DNA of 64,000 nucleotides from an uncultured Parachlamydiaceae bacterium (GCA_963742415.1 CAVULX010000002.1:1-64000); one strand, 5' to 3'; counted from the stretch's first letter, positions 48,529 through 60,354 are shown. A program made the numbers and translations. The notes: a model not told the origin generated them from the sequence alone.

Positions 48529-51500
48529 ATGAATGTGCCTGATGCTATAAGCCTCATTGCCCTTCTTAGAGAACATGCAGATTTCAATAAACCTTTAAAG
48601 CCGCAACTCGAAGATCTTTTTGTCACTTCTCCGTTTTCTGAAGGGACTGTTTATCTAAGAAAAAGCTGGAAAGGACGTATCGTCTCTTTTATTCAATTTC
48701 CTTGGCAAAAGAGTGTATCGGCTATCAAAACAGAACGATGCATAGCCAAAGCAATTGCCTTATTGCCAAAGGAAGACACAGAAAAAGTCAAACAAGGATT
48801 AGAAGGTTTCAGAATATCTCAATTATTTCGGGAATGCCCCTTTTCACCCGAAGTTTTTACCATGGAACAAATGCCTGTTTTACCATTCGCTGAATCGACA
48901 TGCATTGAACAAATAAAAAAAACTCAAACTGAAAATATAAAAAAAGAAAAAGAAAAAGCACAAAGCCTCTCATTACTAAGGGGCGTCTCCGTAAATAGCG
49001 ATGTCAAAATTGATTTTTCCCTATTTGAAGCTCTGTTTAATTTGGAAGACAAACAAAAGCTGCCCTCCATTCTAGACTATTTAAAAAAGTTTCTTACCAA
49101 GCACCCTGAATATGCTTCCCCTCAAGTGGAACAAAAAATAGCTGCTCTTACGGAAGGGTTGGAAGAAGAAACCGAAATGTCCAAAAGCTTTTTTAAGAAT
49201 GGGAAACCTCTCCCTTCAGAAATCCGTATTAAGCGGATGCATGAAATAAGCATCGAGATGGTCAATAAAGTCCAATCTTTAGATGCTAAACAAAAGCAAA
49301 AAAAACTCTTTTTCTTTAGCTTCGGCCATTCTTCCCCTTCAATTAGCTCTTTTTTTGCAAAGCTTCATCTTCTTCCTGAAAAAGTCCTGCATCAGTTTCC
49401 AGAACCGATAAAGAAATTCATTCAAGAAGGGCAACTGCCTGACCCTGAAACGTTGTCGACTCAATTGATAGAAGCATGCCTAAAAAAGGTTCAAAAAGAA
49501 TTTCCTGACATTCATCTAAATGAAATTTTTGGTTCTTCTTTAAATGATCTGGATATTAAAGATTTCAATTACATGTTCGACAACCCTTCCAGGGAAATGC
49601 CTCTGCTCCTCGCATTTTTTCTACCAGACATTTTTGAACCTTACGCTCACTCAATTTTACAGAAAGGGGGTTTTTCGTTAGTTTCCCATTATTTCGATGC
49701 TCCTATCGTGAAATTCGCCTTGCAGTGGATAGCGCAAAACGGCAAAGAAATCCTTAATAAAGACTGCCGTCCCGAATTTCTTAAAAAAAAGAAAGAAGAA
49801 CTCACTGACTTGATTGGACAGTTAATCGATGAAAATTTTCAAAAAATCACCGATGAAATCATTGCCCATCTAAAAAATGTTCAGACGGTTCTTCCTCCGG
49901 AAATCATCGAACTTTTAGATCTTGATAGTCTCTTCAGCTCCGGGCCGGTTTGGTTGGAATTTGAAAAGCAAAAAGATGAATCCTTCAACTTAGCTATTTA
50001 CACCTTGGGAAACGGCTTAAATTATCACCCTCGTCATTATCGCACAGGAAAACCCTATGCCGTTCTACGTCTATCTAAAATTACAAAAGAACGAATTAAT
50101 ACCGATTTTTTCTATTCGCTTCTACAAACTCATTTCGAGCCATTATGGGACCCCAAAGCCTCATCTAAAGCTTCAGACATTTATTTAGGCCCTATTGCCT
50201 ACCTGAAGGGTCAACCCAGCTCTAATAGATCGGAAGACCATCAAATCGACGATAATTCCTCTGCTGCCGAATGGCGCATAGTCTGCACGCAATTGCTGAA
50301 ACCTTTCGATGAAAAAAACAATCCCATTTTTGAGATGCACCTGGAAGCATTGGTTCAGTTTTGTCAACCCTATTTAACAGGTCCTGACCGGACACTTGTT
50401 ATTCCTAATGAAAAATGGGACAAAATCATCCCTCTTCTTGAGAAGAGCCTCTCTGTTCTAGAAGCAGAAATGATTCCTATTAAGAAGATAAAAAAGTGCG
50501 AAAAAAAAGTATCGCAAGTGGATGCTACAATAGCTGAAATCAAAAATGCGATCGATGCTTTTAAAAAGACAAACTTCAAAAAATTAGCAGATAAAAAGGA
50601 AGACCCCTTAGACTTTGCCTCAAACGATAGCATCAAGGAGGGTTTTCAATCTTTATGTGAAGACGCAGGAATCAATGAGCAATCGCTTTCCTCAATTCGG
50701 GATATATTTACTTGGCTTTTAGGTGATGAAGGGACGCAGCTTTTCGATTCTTTTATCCTTCCTTATAAAGATCTTATCCCAAAATTTCCGGCCTCAACAG
50801 ATGCGGCGCCCGAAGTTTCTTCTAAAGAAAAGACTAAAGTAAACAACCGATCGGAACCAAGCGGGAACCCGGGTTCCTATTTTGAAATTTATCTTTCCAT
50901 TGCCGCAACGATGATCCGATTGATTCAAGCAGGCTTGGGATTTTACCAATATCAGTTGGGACATTTTTTAAAATGGCCTTTTCTTTTGTCAATGCTGCCA
51001 AAAATAATTCCGGCTTCCGTTTGGGAATGGTACAACAAAGTGATGTTAGCAGTTAAATTCCAGCTCGCTCGTCTGGGGGTTCACATCCTCTGGAATTACA
51101 TTCTAGATGAAAGTCAAAGAAAAAAAGTATCAGCATTTTGGGATCGGATGCAAGAAAAGATCAAACAAACTCGCTCCCACATTGAAAGGAAAACGGCGAT
51201 TTCATATAGACTTGAAATGGCCACGGATATTCCTGATATAACGACTAAAAAGCCGCAGCTTTTAAACTTTGAGCCAGACAAAATAAGGGGCCAATTCACA
51301 AAAGGGGAACTCAAGCCCTCCCCTTACCACCTGCCCCCTTTTCCCCTATATAGAAAGGGGATTAAGCCAACATCGTCTCTTGAACTAAACGAGGCCTTAG
51401 AAGCTATACTAAAAGAAAGTCGCGAATTACCCTCAGCTGAAGCCAAAGCCCCCTTCCTTGTTCATCATATTTTAAGGCTCGACAGCCCCTTGTTCAGTAG

Positions 51501-54500
51501 CTCCATATGGGAAAAAATAGAAAACCCCGCCGATTACATAGAAACTATTTCTGATCTAGGTTTGATGCTCATGGAAACTCAATTAGAGGCTCCCAAAAAA
51601 CCAAGCGGCGACCAAAGTGTTTTTGCCAACAGAAATAACTTGGAATTTTTCATCGCCATGTATCAACTTCAGGCTATGCTCTTTTGTTTAGCTCGAAAAT
51701 GCCCTGATGCTAATTTGGAGAACTTTCAAGTCAACGCCACCCCTTTGTTAGGCCTTTACCAATCAACAGGCCTTATCATTGATGATCCCTTTCTGCTCGA
51801 GAAAATCCAATCTCTCTGTCTTTACCTCATGCCCGACTTAGATCCTGATGCCATGATGAGCCAAGAGAAACTTCAACGCTATGCTAGTGACAAGCTATTC
51901 CATTATTCAAGAGATAAGTCAGAAGACATTATCACCGCTCATAGAAAAGGGAAACTCCGCCATATATCTACGGCAGAGCTTGCCTATTTGCAAAAAATGT
52001 TAAGCTATCCAGAAGTAAATAAAAAGCTGAAGGACCTAGGCATTTCTGAAAATATGCAAGAGGAGCAAAAAATGTGCATTTTGTTTCAGGAATCCCTAGT
52101 GTTTACGAGGCCAGACCCCATTTTTGCCCGTGCTTTCAGCCTTTTGAAACTACAAACCCTTCTTTGCCAGCATATTTCTAGCGCATGGCTGCGGTTATCG
52201 CTCGTGTGGGGGATGAATAATCCAAAAAAAATCGCTCTGCCATGCTATCCACGTAGCTATTCTGTTCTTAGCACAAAAAAACTCTTGGGAACAAATTATA
52301 CAGTTTTAGATTTCTCTGGCTTTAAACCTCTTCAAAACATTGCGAGCAGCTTTATTGAAGGGTTTCGCCCTTCCACAAAATGGGAGTTTCCTCTTCAAGG
52401 AGCCGCTCAGATTATTCTGAATCCCCATTTTTGCCGGGAAGAGGTTGACATAAATATCAGACCTTCTAGCGCTCCAAAAGAAATCCCCTACAAATATTTA
52501 ATGCGTTTCCTTTTGGAACTGGCAGGCAAGGAACCCATTGAGAGAATTCCTGTTTTTATTAATTACATAAAAAAATTAAGACCTTACAACCGTCCACCAT
52601 CAGACCTTTTCAATCCAGTTTTCTTTTCTGCAGGTGCACTAAAACAAGCTATCTTACAATCTCCTCAAATCATAAAAACCCTCGGAGAACTATTTCAAAA
52701 ACTCATTTCAGAAAAGCGGTATCCCTTAGTTTCATACGAAATAATAGAAGCCGGAATCCGTATCAAACGATATTGTGCATACTATAACCTCTCGATGACT
52801 CGAACGGCCTTTCCCGATTTTTCAGCTAACATCCTCTCTAGGCTGAAATACACTCGGAGCAATCAAAGAAAGAAGGAACTTCAAGCCCTATATGCTATCA
52901 GTTTTGACTTTCCTGATTCGATCAAAGAGGAAGGACAACAGGACAAAGCCATAATAGCTTATTTAGATGCTTGGTTTGATCCCCCCATTGATGAAACTAA
53001 AAAAGTGATTAACAATCCTTTAGATGATACTGCCTTTATAGAGTTTAGGCCAAGGCCACCCGATGATTTCTTTTCGAGAGATGTTTTAAAAGCTTCTTTT
53101 TTTAACTGGGCTTCGAATCTTTCCGATTTCTGTATATCTTACTTTGGATTATTGTACGAAGGGGTAACTTACGAAATAATTCCCAATTATTTATACCCTC
53201 TGCTTGATTCAAATAGTCAGGATCTGCTTGATCCTATCTATGTGGCTCAAAAAAAGGATATCAATCAGATTCCTGAAATAAATCGTAATTTTGATCCTAC
53301 AAATTTCTTGTTAGGGTTTACTTATTGGATTCCTGCCATAAAAAAGTGTCTAAAAGATCCTACACGACGTCATCAGTTATTGAATCACCTAGTTAAGAAG
53401 AAGGGAATGTTGCTGCCATCGCATGATAAGTGGGAAGATTGCAACGATGTTTACAAAAAAGGCCCTATTACTATCGACTTTTCAAAAGGAGTAATCAAAG
53501 CAGAAAATGGGTTTCTATCTCCTTTAGACATGCTCGCCTCTTCCGAAATCCTAAATTCTATTATTGGAGACGATCATTCAACTCTTGAAGTAATTCAACC
53601 TGGACATTATTCAACTTCCGATAAACAATATGAAATTAAATTAAATATCGATGAAAAAGAATTATCCTATGAAATTACACTTTTTCAGAAGCATGAAGGA
53701 ATTAACTTTTGCCTTGTTTGCTTAAAAACTTATGCAACCTATTTCGAGGGGGATCATCTCGGAACCCTTGGATTTAACGAAAAGGAACCGGTTTTCCTTT
53801 GGCTTGAAGAAACATCTTCTGAAATAAAAAAAATTCTTGTCAAAAGTAAAAACGATCCCTCTAAAACCGCAGTCCTCACTTATGACCCTGAGAACCCTTG
53901 GATGATGCCAAAACAACCTCAGAGGCAACTTGTTGATATTCCTCGTGATCAACTTCCCGAGGGAATCCGTTTTATATACCGCTTTTGCCCTGCGGATAGC
54001 ATCACTGCTAAAGCTTATACAGGGCATGATTCGATCGATTCCTTTTGTCTCAGAAAACAAAAACTCTCATTCAAAGTTAAAAAAAATGATAGCGGTGAGA
54101 TAGCCGAGTCCAACGAATATCCGGGTTATTTTATAGCGCCCATACAAGAGCATACGGCTCTTAAAGGAATTTCATCTTTTTTACTTTTAGAAAATAGCGG
54201 AAATAAAAAGAAAACTCTCGTAGCAAAACAGCAATGGCTTTCATGCGTTCTTTCAAGAGTTCTATTTTTGGGGGGACCCGGAGAGCGGTTTCTCATGGAT
54301 GAGGTCGGAAGCAATATAAGGTTTTTCGATACGGATAAATTTGTAGAATTAGACATCGTTGAATTGCCGAATGGGGACGCATGGTTGCAAAGCTCCGACC
54401 CTGAAATTCTCGCTTATCTTTTGACATTGTACCTAAGCCAAGGCAATAAGGCTGCAGTCGAACAAATTTTTCAAAAAATGATAGTATTATGCAATAGCCA

Positions 54501-57500
54501 AAAAGTGCCCCTATCAACATGGGAACCCCTTTCCCTTTTGGCCTACATCCCCATTAATTTTGAAGGCATTGTTCCTCTGAGACGAAGCTTATTCTCCGCC
54601 ATGGAACAAAATAGACTTTGTTTTCCTGACAAAAAAACGGAACCTATTAAGGAAAACGGGGATCCATGCCCTGAAGCAGCTTCTAAAAACACTCTTATGG
54701 CTACAAAAGAGATCATGATAGCGGGCATTACCCTGTGGGACTTGCATCAGTATGTTCAGGAACCCGATCACCGCAACCTGATGACACCGACACAAGAATT
54801 ATTCCTTTTTAAATGTGCCTTCTATCATTTAGAGAAGGCTTTAAAAACCTATTTGCCTTTTCCAAAATCTGTCTTTAAAATCATTGAGGCTCTGGGATGG
54901 GATATCCTCATTGAGCTGACGAGCTTATCTCCAGGATTAAGTAAGCGGTATAGAGAACTAAAAGCCGCCGCGGGACTGAAAGACCCTTTGAAGGCACAGA
55001 TTCTTCATTTTGCCGCCCGGGTGTTAAATAGCCCTTCAGGGATACCTATTCCCATGTTTGGAGCAGGATTTTATGCGCCGACATACACTGGCCAAGGATA
55101 TGGGCTACGAAGCTCCTTTTTTCAAGCGTGCTGCCGCTTTCGCGATAGCAAATTCTTTAATTTAAACGCGATGAATATTTGGAATTTGCATTCCCTCATG
55201 CTAGGTTGGATCGAGCCTTTCCCATGTGTAGAAATAACTAAAATTACGGCTGCCGAAATAAAGAAGAATTTTCCTGCTTATTATGCCTTAGCTCGTGGAG
55301 ATTTTCCATTTAGCCAAAGGGATTATCCAAACCAGCCGCTCCCGACATTGGAAAAACTAAACGATCTCTTAAAGCTCAAAAAATGGGGGGAAGACAGACA
55401 ATGCCAAAAGTTGATTTCTTATCTGGAAGCTATAATGGTATCCCCTGAATCTTATCCAGCCACTGAAGTACTTCTTAAAGCTCATAATACAGTCAATGTG
55501 GATGCTAGCAAAGAGGAGTTAGAAAAAAGATATCCTGACTGGAAACCCTTTTTCGAAAATTTGAACGAAAAAAAATTTAGTACATATTTTATCGAACAAT
55601 TTGTCGACCCTATCTACCGCCATTTTATTTTGATGTATACCGCGAATCCAGTCTTGGAAAACTTTTTTAAAAAAATCCTTCCCCCTCAGTTAATGCTAGA
55701 GCCCAACCTTGCCAAAACATCAGAGATTGCCAGCCATACAATGACACAATTTGCACGCAACACTCTCGTTCATTCCGGTCAACCTATTCAAAGGATAATG
55801 CCCGGAGCCCATGAAGCGCTCAATTACATAAAAACTAAAAAAATCACTAAATGGGAATTAACTACAACGCTTGGAAAATACATGTTGGCATTTGGAGGAA
55901 TGGCTGCAGTTGGTTATGCTTCGACTTTAGTCACAGATGAGGCTAATGCATTATCTTGCGAAGCCACTTCATCCCTTTGGCCTGTCAACGATTGCCTTGC
56001 TGTCAGCAATAATCCTTTAAAATCCACTCTGTTGGGAATGGCCGCTGCAGGGGCTATCAATTTTGCGATCGCAAAATATTTTAACCGGCCTGTTGGCCTT
56101 AATGGGATCCTGCCTTATCCTGCCATCACAGCTCCTGCTGTGATTTTTGCTGGCAAGACATATCACGCTTTAAGATACAAAAATCCGATCGACGCCCTTT
56201 CAAAAAAAAGAAAACCATGTGCGCTGCAAGCCAAAGCAGATTTGTCTTCCTTAAAGACCGAGGATGGGAAAATAGACGCCTTTTTAGATGAATTGTTTGC
56301 TTTAGCCTTTACTGAAAAGGTCCCTTCGTTGAAAAAGGAAAAACGGGTCAAGGAGTTCTCCTGCAAAAACAGCGATTCTCCTGTTGTTCGCGATCGTTTT
56401 GAACGGGTCAATGCCAGCATTAAGGCTTTTTATGCGAAAAACAACCGCGTTCTGCCAACCTTTACGCTGGCCAATCCAGATGCTTTGGCTGACGTTGATC
56501 TCCGTTTGCAAATTTTTTATCTCTTTTTTTCCCGCCATGTGGCTGAAGAAAAGAAAAATCTACTTGATATTTTTAATACCCCAAAGCCAGCAAAAAATCT
56601 GTTTTCCCGCGAGGTGACCTGGAACGATTTATTTGCATGTGTTCAACGCAACACGTTAGACATTCTTAGTGAAGAAATCGGGCTTTCTGACGAGATCCTG
56701 CCTGATTTAAAACAGGCCATGGCTCTTATCGACCTTAAAACCTCTCGCATGCAACAAATGGAACGCCTTTTAGCTTTGACGCAAAAATTACATTCGCTTC
56801 CGGTCGATCCCAACTCCCAGGACTATTGTGAATTAGTGGAGCAACTCGCTGTAGAACTCAAAACGAGGACAACTTTTAGTTTTGAACATACCCCTCCCGA
56901 TTTAACAATCTTGAATCTCCATTTTCAGGCTATGTCAGGCAAGATGCTTTGGGAGCGGCAAGCTGAAAACCGTAGGAAGGTATTGTATGATCACCAAGGG
57001 GATCTCGCTACTGAAGAGGCCCCTGGGGATGGTAAAACCGATTATGGGATCCCCATGACAGCAACCCACGAATCAAACAAGGGAATTCTTGCCATTCCAA
57101 TAGCTCCAAAACAGCTGGCTGGGGATCATCAACCAAAAATTGCCGCCCAATTGCGTTCCATTTTTAAAAAGATCTCATATGCTCAAACTTTTCGCCGTGA
57201 AATCCGTCTTGAAAAGAAAAATTTAGAAGCCCTTTTTGCGTTAATGAGCAATGCGACAAAAGGGGGGGAGGCCATCCAGCTCACCAAAGAAGATGCTCAA
57301 ACATTGCGAGCCATGTTTGATGACCGCCTTTATGCTTACTTCCATAAAACCGCTGGCAAAAACGTTGAGGAAGAGCGTTGCCTTATCCTTTTTCACAAAA
57401 TTTTACATCTTTTGTTTTCACAAGCCATAGCCATCGTGGATGAAACCCATGAAACCTATCGCCACAGGCACCAATTAAACTTTACCGTAGGACTTCCTAA

Positions 57501-60333
57501 AAAAATTCCCGATGACCTTTACATCATCATGGAAGCCACAGCACGTGTGCTTTCCCACGATCCCGATTTTCTTGAACCAGCACAAAAAAATAAACTTTAT
57601 AAAATCGACCCTCAAATTTATAAAGCATCAGTTAAGCTGCGCGCAGCCCAGGAGATGAGTCAATATTGGCGCTTTGGCATAAAAAATCCTAAACAACAAC
57701 GAGAATTTGTTGCTTTTGTCTGCGATGAAGCTGACCAAATCCCTGAGTGGATTAAAAAAGACAAGCTTCTATATCAGCAAGTCTCCTTAGTGAAAGGGAT
57801 GTTGAATATTTTAATTCCAATGAATTTCCACAATGTGGTGAACGTGGATTTCATGCCGTCCCAAAAAGGGAACGGGGAATTCGCCCGCCCCGCCGACGGC
57901 AATAGCCATGTGGTCGAACAAGATTCTATACAAAGCCCTTATGAAACTTTAGTTAAAACTATGCTGATGCTTTTTGCGCAAGGTTTGAGCGTCGATCAAT
58001 TCGATGGTTTGTTGGATACTTTATGGCGCAACACATATAAGCAGATGTTAAAAAAGAATATCCTTTATTCAAAAACCAAGTGTTGCAAGAAATTTGGAGC
58101 CATCCTCACAGAAAATCTCTTGATTAGTTCAAATCGGACAACATCCGATCAATTTAAAAAGGCCTATGAAAAGCTTCGATTCGACCCTGACATCTGCCTC
58201 CTTTATATCCGCTATTGCATTTGGAAACAGATCCGGTATTGGGATAAATGTATTCAAATTACCTCCCAAGACTTTGCCTTTATTTTTCATCGGCAGATCT
58301 CTTGCACGGGAACCCCTTATAATGATGGAACTTATTCCCCCTGGATGAAAATGTTAAGGGATCCTACTACCATCGGGGAACTGCTCCATATCATCACTCA
58401 AAAATGCCCTGAAGATGGAATCCATATCCTAGAGAGTTCTACCCCCCGCCAAATCCTAAATGAGATTCTCGCCCGTTTTTTCACCAAAGGTTCCAAGTTT
58501 TCCGCAATCATCGATGGAGGGGCGCAATTCACCGGGATTCCCAATGAAGACGTTGCTCGATTCATAATGGATTTTTGCTTATTACATAGAAAGGATATTG
58601 AAGCTGTCAAATTCTACAAAGAAGATGCCAATGGCAATGAGCAAGTACATTGTTTTGCCAGAGGATGCCCGAATGCTATCCCTGATTCAGTTTCCTTGGA
58701 TCCCCGGAAATGTCTCACCTATTATGACCAACGGCACGGTTTTGGAGCTGATATTAAGCAATTGGGCGATGGCTTAGTAACAATGGGACCCAATCATCCT
58801 CTCTATCGTTTGCAGCAAGAGCTTTTCCGCATTCGGGGTTTGAAAAAACAACCACGTTTAACAAAAATCAAGCAAACCCGCCTTCATTCCTCCTTGCAAC
58901 AGATCCACATTTGCATGACTAAAGATGTCCAGCGGATGATTATGGGAATAAGCCAACAAGACTCCAAAGATATTCCTAAACCCATATTAACCGACATTAT
59001 CAATTACGCCATTAGGAACGAAGCGGCCATTGCCGAAGAGGAAAATTACCCATCCACACGACGCAAAATTTTAGCATTCATCAAACGGGCTATCCATGCC
59101 AAAATGATGGAAATTTCAGGCGAAAAATTCAGCCATTGGAGCAAGATCTGGCTTTCGTTTGAATCCCTCTTTGTCAATCATGTCGAAGATGACCCTAGTA
59201 AAATTTTCGGCTTAATTAAAGATGAAGTGGACTCTGAAGAAGCCATCGACGTCTCTATAGAAAATGCTTATGCACTTATCGAAGAGAGCCCCTATTTCTC
59301 AAAGAAAGAAAAAAACAAGGTTAGAGAAGAGATCCTCAAGATGACCATTCCTGTTATGCAAGAAAAGGTTACAATCTGGAAAAAAGATACTTATTCCTCT
59401 CCCATAACTGACCTTATGGATGGATTGGAAACAACACAGATCGCCGAAAATACAGACGACCAAGAAATCAATGAAGAAAATAACCTTGAACAAGATAATG
59501 ACAAAGAAGACCAACAAGAGATCCAAAACCAGCTGCAAGTGATGAACCAAAATGAAGGTTTTTTTAAATTTCGTTATACAGAATGGGAATGGCCTCAAAT
59601 CACCGATCCCGCTTCGCTCGATTGGTTGACACTCAGCCGACCCAACTATGAATATCTTCGGTTTGGTCAATCCACCCTTTGGGGCTTGCATAAAAAAATC
59701 CCCTGCCCGTTTTATTCTGTTAGAGCTCTTTTGGAAGTCGCTGAAACGGAAGCCCTAAAAATAGCAGCCCAATATTTTGATGAACGTTTATGGATGGCAA
59801 ACAACTTTGTGCCTCGCAAAACACTCAAATGGCTAGATAAAGCGATAGACGTGGGAAGCAAAAACCAATTCAACCTCCGAACAGTTTTGATGCATCTCGA
59901 AGAAGAGAACGGGGGAAATTATAAGGTCATCAAAATGGGTCCGCTATCCCTTCACGATACCGCTTATTGGCATCAATTGCTCCCCCCTCATAAAGACTTT
60001 TGGGCAAAAAAGGGGATAAAAACAGTCTTATGGGATGTTTATTCTAAATCTGTTCTAGCAGGGTGCCCCATCGATCAAGACCTTCTTCGCAAGCACGAAG
60101 AGGTCAACCTTTTGATTGGTCAATTGAAAATGCTCGATGGGGATACCAAACTCAAAAGGGAAAGGAAAGCCCTATTGAAATGGTTGTTGACAGTGGATGC
60201 CGAACAGGTCGAAAATGCCTTTAATGCTATATTCATGCAGCGTAGCGACCTAAGGACGAAATATGAAGGATCTCAAGCAGAAGAGCTCTTTATTGATGCT
60301 AAGCCCAATCACCCCTATGAAGAAGAAATATAA
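48529..60333 (+). CDS. Giant 3934-aa protein with C-terminal DUF3638 / SF2-helicase-like ATPase region
   Basis: APGDGKT (about 57020), IVDETH (about 57435), CTGTP, IDGGA.F.G, YYDQRH.FGADI, FRIRGL, then an E/Q/D-rich linker. Confidence 0.8.
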   Translation: MNVPDAISLIALLREHADFNKPLKPQLEDLFVTSPFSEGTVYLRKSWKGRIVSFIQFPWQKSVSAIKTERCIAKAIALLPKEDTEKVKQGLEGFRISQLFRECPFSPEVFTMEQMPVLPFAESTCIEQIKKTQTENIKKEKEKAQSLSLLRGVSVNSDVKIDFSLFEALFNLEDKQKLPSILDYLKKFLTKHPEYASPQVEQKIAALTEGLEEETEMSKSFFKNGKPLPSEIRIKRMHEISIEMVNKVQSLDAKQKQKKLFFFSFGHSSPSISSFFAKLHLLPEKVLHQFPEPIKKFIQEGQLPDPETLSTQLIEACLKKVQKEFPDIHLNEIFGSSLNDLDIKDFNYMFDNPSREMPLLLAFFLPDIFEPYAHSILQKGGFSLVSHYFDAPIVKFALQWIAQNGKEILNKDCRPEFLKKKKEELTDLIGQLIDENFQKITDEIIAHLKNVQTVLPPEIIELLDLDSLFSSGPVWLEFEKQKDESFNLAIYTLGNGLNYHPRHYRTGKPYAVLRLSKITKERINTDFFYSLLQTHFEPLWDPKASSKASDIYLGPIAYLKGQPSSNRSEDHQIDDNSSAAEWRIVCTQLLKPFDEKNNPIFEMHLEALVQFCQPYLTGPDRTLVIPNEKWDKIIPLLEKSLSVLEAEMIPIKKIKKCEKKVSQVDATIAEIKNAIDAFKKTNFKKLADKKEDPLDFASNDSIKEGFQSLCEDAGINEQSLSSIRDIFTWLLGDEGTQLFDSFILPYKDLIPKFPASTDAAPEVSSKEKTKVNNRSEPSGNPGSYFEIYLSIAATMIRLIQAGLGFYQYQLGHFLKWPFLLSMLPKIIPASVWEWYNKVMLAVKFQLARLGVHILWNYILDESQRKKVSAFWDRMQEKIKQTRSHIERKTAISYRLEMATDIPDITTKKPQLLNFEPDKIRGQFTKGELKPSPYHLPPFPLYRKGIKPTSSLELNEALEAILKESRELPSAEAKAPFLVHHILRLDSPLFSSSIWEKIENPADYIETISDLGLMLMETQLEAPKKPSGDQSVFANRNNLEFFIAMYQLQAMLFCLARKCPDANLENFQVNATPLLGLYQSTGLIIDDPFLLEKIQSLCLYLMPDLDPDAMMSQEKLQRYASDKLFHYSRDKSEDIITAHRKGKLRHISTAELAYLQKMLSYPEVNKKLKDLGISENMQEEQKMCILFQESLVFTRPDPIFARAFSLLKLQTLLCQHISSAWLRLSLVWGMNNPKKIALPCYPRSYSVLSTKKLLGTNYTVLDFSGFKPLQNIASSFIEGFRPSTKWEFPLQGAAQIILNPHFCREEVDINIRPSSAPKEIPYKYLMRFLLELAGKEPIERIPVFINYIKKLRPYNRPPSDLFNPVFFSAGALKQAILQSPQIIKTLGELFQKLISEKRYPLVSYEIIEAGIRIKRYCAYYNLSMTRTAFPDFSANILSRLKYTRSNQRKKELQALYAISFDFPDSIKEEGQQDKAIIAYLDAWFDPPIDETKKVINNPLDDTAFIEFRPRPPDDFFSRDVLKASFFNWASNLSDFCISYFGLLYEGVTYEIIPNYLYPLLDSNSQDLLDPIYVAQKKDINQIPEINRNFDPTNFLLGFTYWIPAIKKCLKDPTRRHQLLNHLVKKKGMLLPSHDKWEDCNDVYKKGPITIDFSKGVIKAENGFLSPLDMLASSEILNSIIGDDHSTLEVIQPGHYSTSDKQYEIKLNIDEKELSYEITLFQKHEGINFCLVCLKTYATYFEGDHLGTLGFNEKEPVFLWLEETSSEIKKILVKSKNDPSKTAVLTYDPENPWMMPKQPQRQLVDIPRDQLPEGIRFIYRFCPADSITAKAYTGHDSIDSFCLRKQKLSFKVKKNDSGEIAESNEYPGYFIAPIQEHTALKGISSFLLLENSGNKKKTLVAKQQWLSCVLSRVLFLGGPGERFLMDEVGSNIRFFDTDKFVELDIVELPNGDAWLQSSDPEILAYLLTLYLSQGNKAAVEQIFQKMIVLCNSQKVPLSTWEPLSLLAYIPINFEGIVPLRRSLFSAMEQNRLCFPDKKTEPIKENGDPCPEAASKNTLMATKEIMIAGITLWDLHQYVQEPDHRNLMTPTQELFLFKCAFYHLEKALKTYLPFPKSVFKIIEALGWDILIELTSLSPGLSKRYRELKAAAGLKDPLKAQILHFAARVLNSPSGIPIPMFGAGFYAPTYTGQGYGLRSSFFQACCRFRDSKFFNLNAMNIWNLHSLMLGWIEPFPCVEITKITAAEIKKNFPAYYALARGDFPFSQRDYPNQPLPTLEKLNDLLKLKKWGEDRQCQKLISYLEAIMVSPESYPATEVLLKAHNTVNVDASKEELEKRYPDWKPFFENLNEKKFSTYFIEQFVDPIYRHFILMYTANPVLENFFKKILPPQLMLEPNLAKTSEIASHTMTQFARNTLVHSGQPIQRIMPGAHEALNYIKTKKITKWELTTTLGKYMLAFGGMAAVGYASTLVTDEANALSCEATSSLWPVNDCLAVSNNPLKSTLLGMAAAGAINFAIAKYFNRPVGLNGILPYPAITAPAVIFAGKTYHALRYKNPIDALSKKRKPCALQAKADLSSLKTEDGKIDAFLDELFALAFTEKVPSLKKEKRVKEFSCKNSDSPVVRDRFERVNASIKAFYAKNNRVLPTFTLANPDALADVDLRLQIFYLFFSRHVAEEKKNLLDIFNTPKPAKNLFSREVTWNDLFACVQRNTLDILSEEIGLSDEILPDLKQAMALIDLKTSRMQQMERLLALTQKLHSLPVDPNSQDYCELVEQLAVELKTRTTFSFEHTPPDLTILNLHFQAMSGKMLWERQAENRRKVLYDHQGDLATEEAPGDGKTDYGIPMTATHESNKGILAIPIAPKQLAGDHQPKIAAQLRSIFKKISYAQTFRREIRLEKKNLEALFALMSNATKGGEAIQLTKEDAQTLRAMFDDRLYAYFHKTAGKNVEEERCLILFHKILHLLFSQAIAIVDETHETYRHRHQLNFTVGLPKKIPDDLYIIMEATARVLSHDPDFLEPAQKNKLYKIDPQIYKASVKLRAAQEMSQYWRFGIKNPKQQREFVAFVCDEADQIPEWIKKDKLLYQQVSLVKGMLNILIPMNFHNVVNVDFMPSQKGNGEFARPADGNSHVVEQDSIQSPYETLVKTMLMLFAQGLSVDQFDGLLDTLWRNTYKQMLKKNILYSKTKCCKKFGAILTENLLISSNRTTSDQFKKAYEKLRFDPDICLLYIRYCIWKQIRYWDKCIQITSQDFAFIFHRQISCTGTPYNDGTYSPWMKMLRDPTTIGELLHIITQKCPEDGIHILESSTPRQILNEILARFFTKGSKFSAIIDGGAQFTGIPNEDVARFIMDFCLLHRKDIEAVKFYKEDANGNEQVHCFARGCPNAIPDSVSLDPRKCLTYYDQRHGFGADIKQLGDGLVTMGPNHPLYRLQQELFRIRGLKKQPRLTKIKQTRLHSSLQQIHICMTKDVQRMIMGISQQDSKDIPKPILTDIINYAIRNEAAIAEEENYPSTRRKILAFIKRAIHAKMMEISGEKFSHWSKIWLSFESLFVNHVEDDPSKIFGLIKDEVDSEEAIDVSIENAYALIEESPYFSKKEKNKVREEILKMTIPVMQEKVTIWKKDTYSSPITDLMDGLETTQIAENTDDQEINEENNLEQDNDKEDQQEIQNQLQVMNQNEGFFKFRYTEWEWPQITDPASLDWLTLSRPNYEYLRFGQSTLWGLHKKIPCPFYSVRALLEVAETEALKIAAQYFDERLWMANNFVPRKTLKWLDKAIDVGSKNQFNLRTVLMHLEEENGGNYKVIKMGPLSLHDTAYWHQLLPPHKDFWAKKGIKTVLWDVYSKSVLAGCPIDQDLLRKHEEVNLLIGQLKMLDGDTKLKRERKALLKWLLTVDAEQVENAFNAIFMQRSDLRTKYEGSQAEELFIDAKPNHPYEEEI

Positions 60334-60354
60334 ATCTTTTAATAAAGCCGTTTT

